From an uncultured delta proteobacterium (GTDB taxonomy: Bacteria > Myxococcota_A > UBA9160 > SMWR01): DNA of 64,000 bases. The DNA is taken from the NCBI GenBank assembly GCA_963785985.1, contig CAWAXD010000017.1, positions 31,085 to 95,084 of the forward strand, written 5' to 3'. Under the pieces are notes generated by a model. That model saw only the letters and a program-made list of their open reading frames with translations, ran no database searches and was not told the DNA's origin. Within the stretch, counting starts at the first letter, position 1, and each line of letters starts with the position of its first letter. Of this stretch, positions 30,244 to 39,672 are shown one piece after another. The translations under genes and the position numbers were made by a program.

Positions 30244-30745
30244 GACGCACGACCTTGATGATCCACAGCAGCCACACCGACGTGATCATCAGGATCAGCG
30301 TGGCCTGCCAGAAATACAGGTGCATGAAATCGAAGAGCGCGATCCAATGGCGCCCGACTTCGAGCAGCACCAGGATGCGCAGGAGGTTGAAGGCATACAG
30401 GATCGGGACGCCGAGGCCGATGCCGATCAGCTTCTTCGTCCAGGTGGTCGGATAGGCGAGCACCGCCGCCAGGAAGATCAAGGCCTCGAAGAGGCCGGTG
30501 CACTCCATGATGATGCGCACGCCGAAGGAGCCGAGCTCCACGAGGTTGCCCGTGAGCGTGGCTTCGTTGCTGATGAGCGAGAGCAGCGAATGCTCGATCT
30601 CCGCAGTGACGGTCGTGATGACCTGCACGGGCGTGATCCAGCGCTCGGTGAGCCAGGGATAGGTGAAGGCGATCAAGCCGAGGTACAGCGCAAACAGCCC
30701 CACGAACCGGTAGGCGGGATTGGAGGCGGCGGAACGGAATCCCAT
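30212..30745 (-). CDS. xrtH: Exosortase H (IPTL-CTERM-specific)
   Basis: Catalytic triad Cys (ECTG), Arg (NLLRI), His (FMHLYFWQ); AAVLAYP.TW..KL.G. Confidence 0.85.
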   Translation of the reverse strand: MGFRSAASNPAYRFVGLFALYLGLIAFTYPWLTERWITPVQVITTVTAEIEHSLLSLISNEATLTGNLVELGSFGVRIIMECTGLFEALIFLAAVLAYPTTWTKKLIGIGLGVPILYAFNLLRILVLLEVGRHWIALFDFMHLYFWQATLILMITSVWLLWIIKVVRHEEPEAPAGA

Positions 30746-30789
30746 GGGCGCTCCAGTTTACACGGCTCCCGGCCCGCCAGCGCGGATGC

Positions 30790-32322
30790 GTGGCGAGCAA
30801 CGGCGAGCTAGAACCCTACGCGATCGCAGTGGGAGGGCACACGATGGGCCGGCGCGGGGTCGCGCGCGACGCGATTCTGCTCGCGCTCGTGTTGGCTGCG
30901 GCCATCGTTGCCTACCGGCCCCTGCTCGCTCTCGGTCACCTCGGCTGGGACACCTACCCGTTGATCGTCACCAGCCGCATCCAGAGCGCCGCGGACTTCT
31001 TCGGCGCTTTTCGCGAAGAGCTGATGGGCGGGCGCTATCCGCACGGGCATTTCTATCGTCCCGTGACGACGCTCTCGATCGCGCTCGATCACGCGATCTG
31101 GGGCCTCGATGCCTACGGCTATCACCTCAGCCAGCTCGGCCTGCTGCTCGTCTGCACGCTCGGCGTCAGCGCGCTCGGCTGGCGGCTGCTCGGACCCGGC
31201 CCCGGCGCGCTGGCGGCAGCGCTGTTGTTCGCGCTGCACCCGCTGCACCTCGAGACGCTTCCCGTTGCGGCCCGACGCGCCGAGACGCTCGCGCTGCTAT
31301 TCACGCTGCTCGCGCTGGTGCTGGCGCCGACCCCGCGCCCGCGCGCCGCCGGCTGGCGCGCCGGGCTGTGCGCGCTGTGCGCCGCGCTCGCGGTCGCCTC
31401 GAAGGAAAACGGCGCCGTCGTGATGCCCCTGCTCGCGGCCCTGCTGCTCGCCGAAGCGAACGTCCCTGCCCTCGGCGATCGCCTGCGCGCCGCGCTGCGC
31501 GCCTGCGCACTGCCGGCCGTCGCGGTCGCTCTCGTGCTGCTCGGGCGCACGGCCGTGCTCGGTGGCCTCGGAGGCCACGCCGAATCCTCGCTGCTCGGCG
31601 CCGCCGCCCGTGGTCTCGCGCTCGCGCCGCTCTATGCGCACCTGCTCTGCATGCCGCAACCGCTCGTGAGCGAGCCGGCGCTGGCGCGGGGGCTGGTCGC
31701 TGCGAGCACGGCGGCGCTCGCCGCGAGCCTGGCGTTCTCGCTGCCGCCTTCGCGCCTGCGTCCATTGCTCGCGGTCTGCGGCGTCTGGATCCTCGCCGCG
31801 CTCTGGCTCAATGGCCTCTCGGGCGACGTCGCCTCGTGGTATGCGGTGGGCATGCTGCCGCCCTTTGCGCTGCTCGTCGGCGGCCTCGCGCAGGGAGCCG
31901 CCCGGCATTGGGCGCAGGGCCGGCGCGCGCTCGCCGCCCTCGCCGCCGTCCTCTTCGCGCTGCTGGTCGCGCAAGCCCTGCGTTACACACCGCTGCTACA
32001 CGACTACCCGGACTGGCCGCTCGTGAGCGAACGCTCCGCGGCGTTTCTCGAGCGCGTGCGCGAAGCCACGCGCGGCGCTACGCCAGGCGACGTTCGCAGC
32101 GTCCCGGGTCTGCCGCTCGGACGCGCGACCCCGCTCGAGCGGGTGGGCGTGCGCAGCGCGATCGGCCTCGCCGATTACAGTGTGGAGGCCTGGGCCGAGC
32201 TCGCGCTCCCGGGCCCCCGGCTGGTCGTGGTGCTCGGCGACGGCACGCGGCGCAGCCCGCCCAGGAACGATGCCGTCGTGATCGACACGACGCCGGATCT
32301 CGCCGAGGGGGCTTTGCGATGA
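30790..32322 (+). CDS. GT-C fold membrane glycosyltransferase-like protein (TMTC-like, no TPR)
   Basis: FYRPV, YGYHL, FALHPLHLE and SKE motifs; many TM helices. Confidence 0.75.
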   Translation: MASNGELEPYAIAVGGHTMGRRGVARDAILLALVLAAAIVAYRPLLALGHLGWDTYPLIVTSRIQSAADFFGAFREELMGGRYPHGHFYRPVTTLSIALDHAIWGLDAYGYHLSQLGLLLVCTLGVSALGWRLLGPGPGALAAALLFALHPLHLETLPVAARRAETLALLFTLLALVLAPTPRPRAAGWRAGLCALCAALAVASKENGAVVMPLLAALLLAEANVPALGDRLRAALRACALPAVAVALVLLGRTAVLGGLGGHAESSLLGAAARGLALAPLYAHLLCMPQPLVSEPALARGLVAASTAALAASLAFSLPPSRLRPLLAVCGVWILAALWLNGLSGDVASWYAVGMLPPFALLVGGLAQGAARHWAQGRRALAALAAVLFALLVAQALRYTPLLHDYPDWPLVSERSAAFLERVREATRGATPGDVRSVPGLPLGRATPLERVGVRSAIGLADYSVEAWAELALPGPRLVVVLGDGTRRSPPRNDAVVIDTTPDLAEGALR

Positions 32323-34028
32323 GGGGAGCGCTCGGCGCGCTCCTGCTGGCGCTGGCCGTGCTGGCGCCGCATTGGCCCCGCGAGCGCGCCGAGTTCGCCT
32401 ACGACGATCGGGATTTCGTCGAAGCCAACCAGAGCATCCGCTCCCTGCCGGAAGCCTTCTCCGGGCTGCTCGCGCCCTTCCCGCCTGATCAGCCGCAGCG
32501 CGGTCTCTTCCGCCCGCTCACGAGCCTCTCGTACGCGCTCGATTACGCGCTCGGCGGTGGCGATGCGCGCAGCTTCCACCGCAGCAACGTGCTGATCTAC
32601 GGCGCCGTGGTGGCGCTCGTCTATCGGCTCGCGCTCGCCTACGGCCGCTCGAGCGGCTTCGCGCTCGCCCTCGCGCTGCTCTTCGCGATCCACCCGGTTC
32701 ACTGCGATGCGGTCGACGCCGTCGCGGGCCGCAGCGAGCTGCTCGCGCTGGCCTTCTCGCTCGCCTCGCTGCTCACCTATCTGCGCGCGCTGCGCGCGGG
32801 CGTCTCCGCGCAGGCGGGGCGCGCCAGCGCCTGGCTCGCGGCTTCGACGCTCGCGTTCGCGCTCGCTTGCGCCGCGAAGGAGACCGCCGTCGTGCTGCCG
32901 GCGATCCTGGCCCTCCACGCGTGGGTCGGGATCGCACCCGGATCCGGACGCGGCGAGCGGCGAGCGGCGCTGCTGAAGCTGACGCCGCACGCCGGCGTGA
33001 TGCTGCTCTACTTCGCAGCGCGGTTCGCTGCGCTCGGAGCCTTTGCGCCGAGCGAGCCGCTGCTGCGCGGCGTTCCCTTCGAGATCCGGCTCTACACGCT
33101 CGGGAGCGTCTTTCTCGAGAACCTGCGCCTGCTCTGCTTCCCGCGCGTGCTCGAGATCGATTTCTACTACCAACAGGCGGTCGGCATCGCGCGCGGAGCG
33201 ACTCCGCGTGCGATCGCAGGCCTCGCTCTCTTCGCTGCGGCGTCAGGGACGCTCGCCTGGCTCCTGGTGCGCGAGCCCACCGCGCGCGCGCCGAAGGCGC
33301 CGGCGCAGGGCCCCCTCGTCGCGTGCGCGCTGGCGATCTTTCTCGGCTTCCTGCTGCCGGTCTCCCACGTGTTCGACTTCGGCGCGCTGATGGCGGAGCG
33401 CTTCCTGTTTGCGCCCTCCCTCGGCTTTCTGCTGCTCGTGACGCTCGCCGGGCAGACGGCGATCGCGCGGACCTTCGCGACGCCGCTTCTGCGCCGCAGC
33501 GCGGCCCTCGTCATCGTCGGAGCGCTGGCGTTGGCGGGCGGCGTGCGCAGCGCCGCTCGCGCCGCGGAGTGGCGCGATGCCGCGGCCCTCTGGGTCGCGG
33601 CCGACCGCGACCTGCCGAACAATCCCGCGATCCTCTCGAACCTCGCTGCGGTCCGCATCGCCCGCGGCGAGCTCGACGCCGCCGCCGGATTGCTCGAGCG
33701 CAGCCTCGCCCGCGACCCCGAGCTGATCGAGGCGCTCGGCAATCTCGGCAACGTGCGCATGCAGCAAGGCCGTCTCGAGGAGGCCCGCGTGGCCTACGCG
33801 AGACTCCTCGCTCTCGCACCCGACGACTTCGTCACGTGGAACAATCTCGGCGTGCTCGAGACGCGACGTGGCCGTTTCGCAGACGCCGTGCCGCTCTTCG
33901 AGCGCTCGCTCGCCATCAACCCGAACTACGCCGACGCGCGCCGCAACCTCGCCGCGACGCAGCGCCAGCTCGACCTCGAAGGCTCGCAACGCGGCGCGCC
34001 GCCGCGCCCGCCTCAGGGGTCGACGTAG
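32319..34028 (+). CDS. TMTC-like GT-C membrane protein with C-terminal TPRs
   Basis: ATGA coupling; FAYDD, FRPLT, HPVH.DAV..VAGRSELL, KE, AERFLFAP and WRD motifs; TPRs. Confidence 0.87.
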   Translation: MRGALGALLLALAVLAPHWPRERAEFAYDDRDFVEANQSIRSLPEAFSGLLAPFPPDQPQRGLFRPLTSLSYALDYALGGGDARSFHRSNVLIYGAVVALVYRLALAYGRSSGFALALALLFAIHPVHCDAVDAVAGRSELLALAFSLASLLTYLRALRAGVSAQAGRASAWLAASTLAFALACAAKETAVVLPAILALHAWVGIAPGSGRGERRAALLKLTPHAGVMLLYFAARFAALGAFAPSEPLLRGVPFEIRLYTLGSVFLENLRLLCFPRVLEIDFYYQQAVGIARGATPRAIAGLALFAAASGTLAWLLVREPTARAPKAPAQGPLVACALAIFLGFLLPVSHVFDFGALMAERFLFAPSLGFLLLVTLAGQTAIARTFATPLLRRSAALVIVGALALAGGVRSAARAAEWRDAAALWVAADRDLPNNPAILSNLAAVRIARGELDAAAGLLERSLARDPELIEALGNLGNVRMQQGRLEEARVAYARLLALAPDDFVTWNNLGVLETRRGRFADAVPLFERSLAINPNYADARRNLAATQRQLDLEGSQRGAPPRPPQGST

Positions 34029-35431
34029 CCGAGCGCGCGCAACGACTCGAGCTCGCGGGGCGTGAGCTCCGCCGTCCCGCCGGGTGGATGCTTGACGGCG
34101 ATTGCCTCGGATTCGCGCTGCTGGTCCGCGTAGAGCTTCTCGAGCTCCTGCACGCGCGCCTCGTTTCCGCTCGAGACGTCCGTGCGTTCGCTCGGGTCGC
34201 TCGCGACGTCGAAGAGCGCCCGCAGCGGCGGGCTGGCATCCCCGTCGCGCCACACGAGCTTGTAGGAGCCCTCGCGAACGCCGTGCCAGCGTTGGGTCCG
34301 ATCGAAGTCCGAGCCGTCCGCGCGCCGGTAGTACCAGGTCGAGAGCAGATCGAAGAAGATCGCGCGGTTCGGCGGCGGGTGCGCCTCGAGCAGCGAGCGG
34401 CCCTGATGCGGAAACTCCGCCGAGAGCCCGGCCAGCTCGAGCAGCGTCGGAAGCACATCGACGTGGCTCGCGAGACGCCCGTCGACGCGGCCGCGCGACG
34501 GTCCCGGCAGCTTGAGCAGCAGCGGAACATGGATGCTCTCGGCGAACAGGTCGTTCTTGTGGCCCTTCTCCCCGTGCTCGAAGAATTCCTCGCCGTGGTC
34601 GGCCGTGATCAGGATCGCGGTGTTCTCCCACAGGCCCTTGCGCTTGAGCAGGGCGAAGAAGTGGCCGAGGTGTTCATCGGTCCAGCGGATCTCGCCGGCA
34701 TACTGCGAAAGCACGTAGGCGAGCTGCCCGGGCGGCATGCCGGGCCGGATGGCCGGGTTCGTCTCGTAGCGCCGGATGTCGGTCTTCTCCGCATCCGGCC
34801 CCGCGAACTGGGTGTCGTAGGGCGCCGGGGGCAGGTAGTCGTAGTGCGGATCCCAGAAGTACGCGAACAAGAAGAACGGGCGCGCCGGGTCGCGCTGCGT
34901 GTCGACGAAGCGATCGAGCGCCGTCTCCATCGCGGGGTTCGTCACGGCGTCGTGCGCCAGCCGATTCGTGAGCGATGAGATCCCGTCGTCCCAGAGCTCG
35001 AAGCCCTGCGAGAGATTGTGGGCCCGGCGCAGATAGGGTCCGCTGACGACGCCGACCGTCTGGTAGCCCGCCGTGGCGAGCGTTTCGGCGAGCGTCGGGT
35101 AGGAGTCCGACAGCCGATCGAGCGGATGCACGGCGCGGTGAGCGCTCGGGTAGAGACCGGTGAACAGGCTCGCATGCGAGGTCAGCGTCCAGCTCGAGAC
35201 GGCATGCGCATCATCGAAGCGCACGGCGTCGGCGGCAAAGGCGTCGAGGTTCGGCGTGATCGGCTGCTCGGGACGCCCGCGCGCATGCCCGCCATACACA
35301 CCAACGTGATCCGTGCGCAACGACTCGAGCGTGATCAGCACGAGGTTGGGGCGCCGCTCCGCCGTCCCGCAGCCGGCGAGCGCGAGCGCCCCGCCGACGG
35401 CGAGCCAGCGGCGAAGCCGTGCGGGGGTCAC
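34013..35431 (-). CDS. Sulfatase-like (alkaline phosphatase superfamily) lipoprotein
   Basis: LAGC lipobox; PNLVLITLESLRTDH, WTLTSHASLFTG, DPH and TADHGEEFFEHG motifs. Confidence 0.87.
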   Translation of the reverse strand: MTPARLRRWLAVGGALALAGCGTAERRPNLVLITLESLRTDHVGVYGGHARGRPEQPITPNLDAFAADAVRFDDAHAVSSWTLTSHASLFTGLYPSAHRAVHPLDRLSDSYPTLAETLATAGYQTVGVVSGPYLRRAHNLSQGFELWDDGISSLTNRLAHDAVTNPAMETALDRFVDTQRDPARPFFLFAYFWDPHYDYLPPAPYDTQFAGPDAEKTDIRRYETNPAIRPGMPPGQLAYVLSQYAGEIRWTDEHLGHFFALLKRKGLWENTAILITADHGEEFFEHGEKGHKNDLFAESIHVPLLLKLPGPSRGRVDGRLASHVDVLPTLLELAGLSAEFPHQGRSLLEAHPPPNRAIFFDLLSTWYYRRADGSDFDRTQRWHGVREGSYKLVWRDGDASPPLRALFDVASDPSERTDVSSGNEARVQELEKLYADQQRESEAIAVKHPPGGTAELTPRELESLRALGYVDP

Positions 35432-35450
35432 CGGGTGGCGCGCCGCGCTC

Positions 35451-36725
35451 TCACTGCGGTGCGGCGGGCGCCTCGGCGGCGGCGGCCGGTGCCTTGCCCG
35501 CCGCCGGAGCCTTGCCAGCCGCCGGAGCCCTGGCGGCCGCCGCTGCGTGAGGCGCGTGACTCTCGCGCCAGGCCTGCGCGAGCTGCCGCGCTTCATCCGA
35601 CTTGGCCTTGCCGACCGCCTTGTAGAGGTCCGCCAGCAGGCCCGCCGAGTCCTTCTCGCCGCGCTCGGCAGCGAGCTCGAACCACATCAGGGCGCGCACC
35701 TCGTCCTTCGCCACGCCCTGCCCCAGCAGATACGCGAGGGCGAGGCTCTGCTGCGCCATGCCGTGGCCGGCTTCGGCGGCGCGCTCGAACCAGCGCACGC
35801 CTTCGGCCTCGTCTTTCGCAACGCCGATACCATGGGCGTAGCCGAGGCCGACGTTGAACTGCGCCGACACCAGCCCCTGGTCCGCCGCGCGCCGATACCA
35901 GCTGGCCGCGCGCTCGAGATCCTTCGGAACGCCTTCCCCCTCGGCGTACAGGCGCCCGAGGTTCTGCTGCGCGAGCGGGTCGCCCTGCTCCGCCGCCTTG
36001 CTGAACCATGCGAACGCCTGCGCCGGGTCCTTCTCGACGGTCCCGCCCGTCAAATAGGCGAGACCGACCTGGTTCTGCGCTGCCGCCAGGCCCTGGTCCG
36101 CAGCCTTGCGGTACCAGCGCAGCGATTCGGCTCCGTCCTTGGCGACCCCCTTGCCCATCGCATAGTGCCGCGCGAGCACGAGCTGGGCCGCCGGCATGCC
36201 GGTATCCGCCGCCTTGCGCACCCACGCGACGCCCGCCTTCTCATCCTTATCGACGCCGCGTCCGCTCGAGTAGATGAAGCCGAGCGCGAGCATGGCTTCG
36301 GGGCGACCCTGCTCGGCGGCCATGTTCAGGTAACGCAGCGCCTCGGCATCGTTGCGCTCGACGCCCTGGCCTTCGGTGAGCAGGACGCCCAGGCGCGCCT
36401 GCCCTTCGCCCGAGCCCTGATCCGCGGCGCGCTGGAACCAGCTCGCGGCGGCCACGGGATCGCGCTCGACGCCGACGCCTTGCAGATAGCGGTTCCCCAG
36501 AACCACCTGCGATTCCATGTTCCCGGCCTCGGCCGCGCGCCGGTACCAACTCGCGGCGGCGGCCTCGTCGTGCTCGACGCCCTCCCCGCTGGAATACAGA
36601 TAGCCGAGCCGGATCTGCGCGTTCGTGTTGCCCAGGTATCCCTTGATCTTCGCGACGTCGACCTCGCGGCACCCGACACACGCGAGTGACATGATCCCCA
36701 GAAGCCCTGCGATGCTGCGCCTCAA
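35451..36725 (-). CDS. Sel1-like repeat lipoprotein
   Basis: CVGC lipobox; repeated AQ..LG..Y..G.GV.KD...A..WY..AA.QG. Confidence 0.9.
   Translation of the reverse strand: MRRSIAGLLGIMSLACVGCREVDVAKIKGYLGNTNAQIRLGYLYSSGEGVEHDEAAAASWYRRAAEAGNMESQVVLGNRYLQGVGVERDPVAAASWFQRAADQGSGEGQARLGVLLTEGQGVERNDAEALRYLNMAAEQGRPEAMLALGFIYSSGRGVDKDEKAGVAWVRKAADTGMPAAQLVLARHYAMGKGVAKDGAESLRWYRKAADQGLAAAQNQVGLAYLTGGTVEKDPAQAFAWFSKAAEQGDPLAQQNLGRLYAEGEGVPKDLERAASWYRRAADQGLVSAQFNVGLGYAHGIGVAKDEAEGVRWFERAAEAGHGMAQQSLALAYLLGQGVAKDEVRALMWFELAAERGEKDSAGLLADLYKAVGKAKSDEARQLAQAWRESHAPHAAAAARAPAAGKAPAAGKAPAAAAEAPAAPQ
35485..35538. repeat. Three imperfect 18-bp tandem repeats encoding the Ala/Pro/Lys tail (e.g. AAGKAP) of the Sel1 protein
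   Basis: gccggtgccttgcccgcc / gccggagccttgccagcc / gccggagccctggcggcc. Confidence 0.7.
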
Positions 36726-37043
36726 CCCGCTTTCCTTCCCCGCCGGCGTACGCGCGCCGACATTCCTTCGCCACCGGCGTGGCAGCGTTTCCGACCCGCC
36801 CCGGCGCCACCGCCGGATCCGCGCAAGCCCGAGCCCGGCGCTCGAGCGAGCGCCCTCCGACCTGCACGACGGGCGCACGAGTCTACCGCGCTTCGGGAAG
36901 GACGAAAAAGCCGCCGCGCCGCCGCGCGTGTGAGTGCGGTCACGCGCCCGCGGCGCCACGCCGCCGAAGACAACCTCGGGGACGCAATGCACGCGCGGGG
37001 CCCGGGGCGGAGCCCGCGCGGCCTCGATCATCAGGGGGCGCCC

Positions 37044-38399
37044 ATGTTTCTTCGAGCGGCTCGTGCACGCGCTTCGATCCTGGTACTGGCGCTGGGCGCC
37101 GCCACGCCCGCGGCGGCGGCAATCGATCTGGTCGGCGCGACGAACGCGACGTTCGTCTGGCAGCCGGCCTCCGGACCCGTGTCTGGCTACGTCGTCTACC
37201 AACTCTGCGAGGCAACCGGGCAGACGCAGAAGAGCAGCGTCGCCACGAACCAGGTGACACTCCTTGCGCAGCCGTGCAGCGCATTCAGCGTGCAGGTCGC
37301 GGCCTATGGCGCGGGCGGCCTGGCGCAGACCGGGCCGCTCTCGGCGCCATCGGACGTCGTGCGGTTCCTGCCGGCGCCCACGCCGCCGCCGCCGGATCCC
37401 GCGCCCGGCAGCGACCCCACTTCCCCTTCCGGCGGCACGACCTCGCCGCCGACCCCCGGGCTGGATTTCGTCGGCAACGGGCGCTCCGACGTGCTGCTCC
37501 ACTTGCCAAGCGACGGCTCGCTCCAGATGTGGTCGGTACGCGCCAGCGATGCGCGCTTCGTGCCGGTGGCGATTCCGCCGGCATCATTTCCCCCGGCGGC
37601 GCGCGTCGTCGGCTGCGGGGACTACGACGGGGACGGCTTTCCCGATCTGCTCGGCTTCGATCACGGGCAGGTCTTCGTCTGGCTGATGCGGGATGCGACA
37701 CCGATCGGCGGAGGCGTCCTGGGCGACGCCCTCGCCGCGGCGGACAGCGTCGAGGGTTCCGGCGACTACGACGGCGACGGCGTCTCGGACGTGCTGATCC
37801 GCCGTCCGGCGCAGGGCCGAGTCGAGGTGTGGTCGCTCGCCGCGGGCGCGATCGCCGCCATCGATACGCTCGCGGCGGATCCCGGCGCCGACTGGCGAAT
37901 CATCGGATCGGGCGACCACGACGGCGACGGTCGCTCGGACATTCTCTGGCGCAATGCCAGGGACGGGCAGCTCGTGCTCTGGCGGATGCTCGGACGCGGC
38001 AGCTACCAGGCGCTCCCGCTGGCCGCTCCGCTCCCCAGCGACTGGGAGGGCGTCGGTGTCGCCGATTTCGATGGCGACGGCACGTCCGACGTGCTGTGGC
38101 GTCGGCAGGCGACCGGCGAGATCGCCGTGTCGCGCTTCCACGCGGGCACGATCGCCGAGACGCAGATCCTCACGATCGTGGGCGCCGCACCGAACCGCGA
38201 AGTCGTCGGTACGGGAGATCTGGATGGCGATGGACACGCGGACGTGCTGGTGCGCTTCATCGGCGCCACCGGGCTTCGCCTTTGGCGCATGAACGGAACC
38301 GCTGTGATCTCGCGCACCAAGCTCGCCACGCTCGGGGTCGGCTGGATCACGGCGGGCGTCGGCGACGAGAGCCCGAGCAGCCAGCGCTGGTACCCCTAG
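37044..38399 (+). CDS. Secreted FG-GAP/VCBS-repeat protein with N-terminal FN3-like domain
   Basis: Signal peptide, W..ASGPVSGYVVY, Pro-rich linker and repeated GDxDGDGxxD(I/V)LWR. Confidence 0.85.
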   Translation: MFLRAARARASILVLALGAATPAAAAIDLVGATNATFVWQPASGPVSGYVVYQLCEATGQTQKSSVATNQVTLLAQPCSAFSVQVAAYGAGGLAQTGPLSAPSDVVRFLPAPTPPPPDPAPGSDPTSPSGGTTSPPTPGLDFVGNGRSDVLLHLPSDGSLQMWSVRASDARFVPVAIPPASFPPAARVVGCGDYDGDGFPDLLGFDHGQVFVWLMRDATPIGGGVLGDALAAADSVEGSGDYDGDGVSDVLIRRPAQGRVEVWSLAAGAIAAIDTLAADPGADWRIIGSGDHDGDGRSDILWRNARDGQLVLWRMLGRGSYQALPLAAPLPSDWEGVGVADFDGDGTSDVLWRRQATGEIAVSRFHAGTIAETQILTIVGAAPNREVVGTGDLDGDGHADVLVRFIGATGLRLWRMNGTAVISRTKLATLGVGWITAGVGDESPSSQRWYP

Positions 38400-38490
38400 C
38401 CCGAGCCACCGGCCAAGGCGCTTCCCCCAGGTCGCGCTCGCGCCGCGAGTCGAAGGAAGCGCTGCGCCTGCGATGCTATGGTGCGCCGCC

Positions 38491-39606
38491 ATGGCACGCC
38501 GACAGGAACAGGAAGCCGCGCGTTCGGAGGTCAGCGAGGTCGCGCCGAACGTGCTGCGTATGCAGCTCCCGATCCGCATGCCCGGACTCGGACACGTGAA
38601 CTGCTACGCGATCCTCGACGCGAGGGGCGCCGCCATCGTCGATCCCGGGCTTCCAGGCCCCGGCACCTGGCGCGCGATCCAGGATCGCCTGCGGCAGGCC
38701 GGGCTCGAGACCCGCCACGTACACACCGTGATCGTCACGCACTCGCACCCCGATCACTTCGGCGGTGCGGCGCGCTTCGCGAAGGCATCGGGCGCCACGG
38801 TGGTCGCCCACCGCAGCTTCAGCTTCGGACCGCCGGTGGCGGCGCGCGCGCTGCCCGAGGTTTCGGTCGAGGATCTCGCCGCCCCGCGCGCGGCCGACGA
38901 GACGCAGGGTGACGAGGCGCAGCGCGGCAGCGGCGACCCGGCGCAGGCGGCCGCTAGCGAGGCGTCACAGCGCTGGCTCGGGGACCGTACGCCCTGGGGC
39001 GGCGAACGGCCCCGCCCGCCGCTGCTGACGAAGCTCAGGTGGCGCGTGCTGCGCTGGATCGGGAACACGATCGTTCCGGTGATCACACATCCGGTCGAGC
39101 ACGGGGACGTGCTCGAGCTCGCCGGCCGCGAGTGGTTCGTCGTGCATACACCGGGTCACACGTCCGATCACTTCTGCCTGCACGACCCGGAGCACGGGAC
39201 GTTCATCGCGGGCGATCATGTGCTGCCAACGATCACCCCGCACATCTCCGGCATCTCGAGCTCGCCCGATCCGCTCTCCTCCTTCTTCTATTCCCTCGAC
39301 CGCGTCGCCGAAATCGCGGGCGTCAAACAGGTGCTGCCCGCCCACGGGCATCCCTTCTCGGATCTGCGCGCGCGCACGGAGGCGATCAAGCGGCACCATC
39401 ACGAGCGTCTGGACAAGGTGAAGGCGATCTCGCATCGCATCGGTCCGGCGAGCGTGCAGGCCTTCTCCCACGAGCTCTTCCACCCCCGCAGCTGGGGCTC
39501 CATGGCGGAGAGCGAGACCTACGCGCACCTCGAGCACCTGCGCATCGCCGGCCAGGCCGAACGCCACATGGGTGACACCGGCAAGCTCATCTACGTGACG
39601 AGCTGA
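38491..39606 (+). CDS. MBL-fold metallo-hydrolase
   Basis: THSHPDHFG, HTPGH, GDHVL and PAHG motifs. Confidence 0.9.
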   Translation: MARRQEQEAARSEVSEVAPNVLRMQLPIRMPGLGHVNCYAILDARGAAIVDPGLPGPGTWRAIQDRLRQAGLETRHVHTVIVTHSHPDHFGGAARFAKASGATVVAHRSFSFGPPVAARALPEVSVEDLAAPRAADETQGDEAQRGSGDPAQAAASEASQRWLGDRTPWGGERPRPPLLTKLRWRVLRWIGNTIVPVITHPVEHGDVLELAGREWFVVHTPGHTSDHFCLHDPEHGTFIAGDHVLPTITPHISGISSSPDPLSSFFYSLDRVAEIAGVKQVLPAHGHPFSDLRARTEAIKRHHHERLDKVKAISHRIGPASVQAFSHELFHPRSWGSMAESETYAHLEHLRIAGQAERHMGDTGKLIYVTS

Positions 39607-39672
39607 AGCCGGCCGTTCGCGGCGAGCCCCGCCCGCCGCGACCTGCGCACGACGATCACGCGCGCCCCGGCG

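Noticed and set aside
36880-36970. Second GEMM-like element upstream of the FG-GAP gene (GACGAAAAAGCC...GCCGCCGAAG)
   Set aside because: The GCAAA-P2-GNRA module is missing and the base of P3 does not pair; only a GC-rich hairpin is supported.
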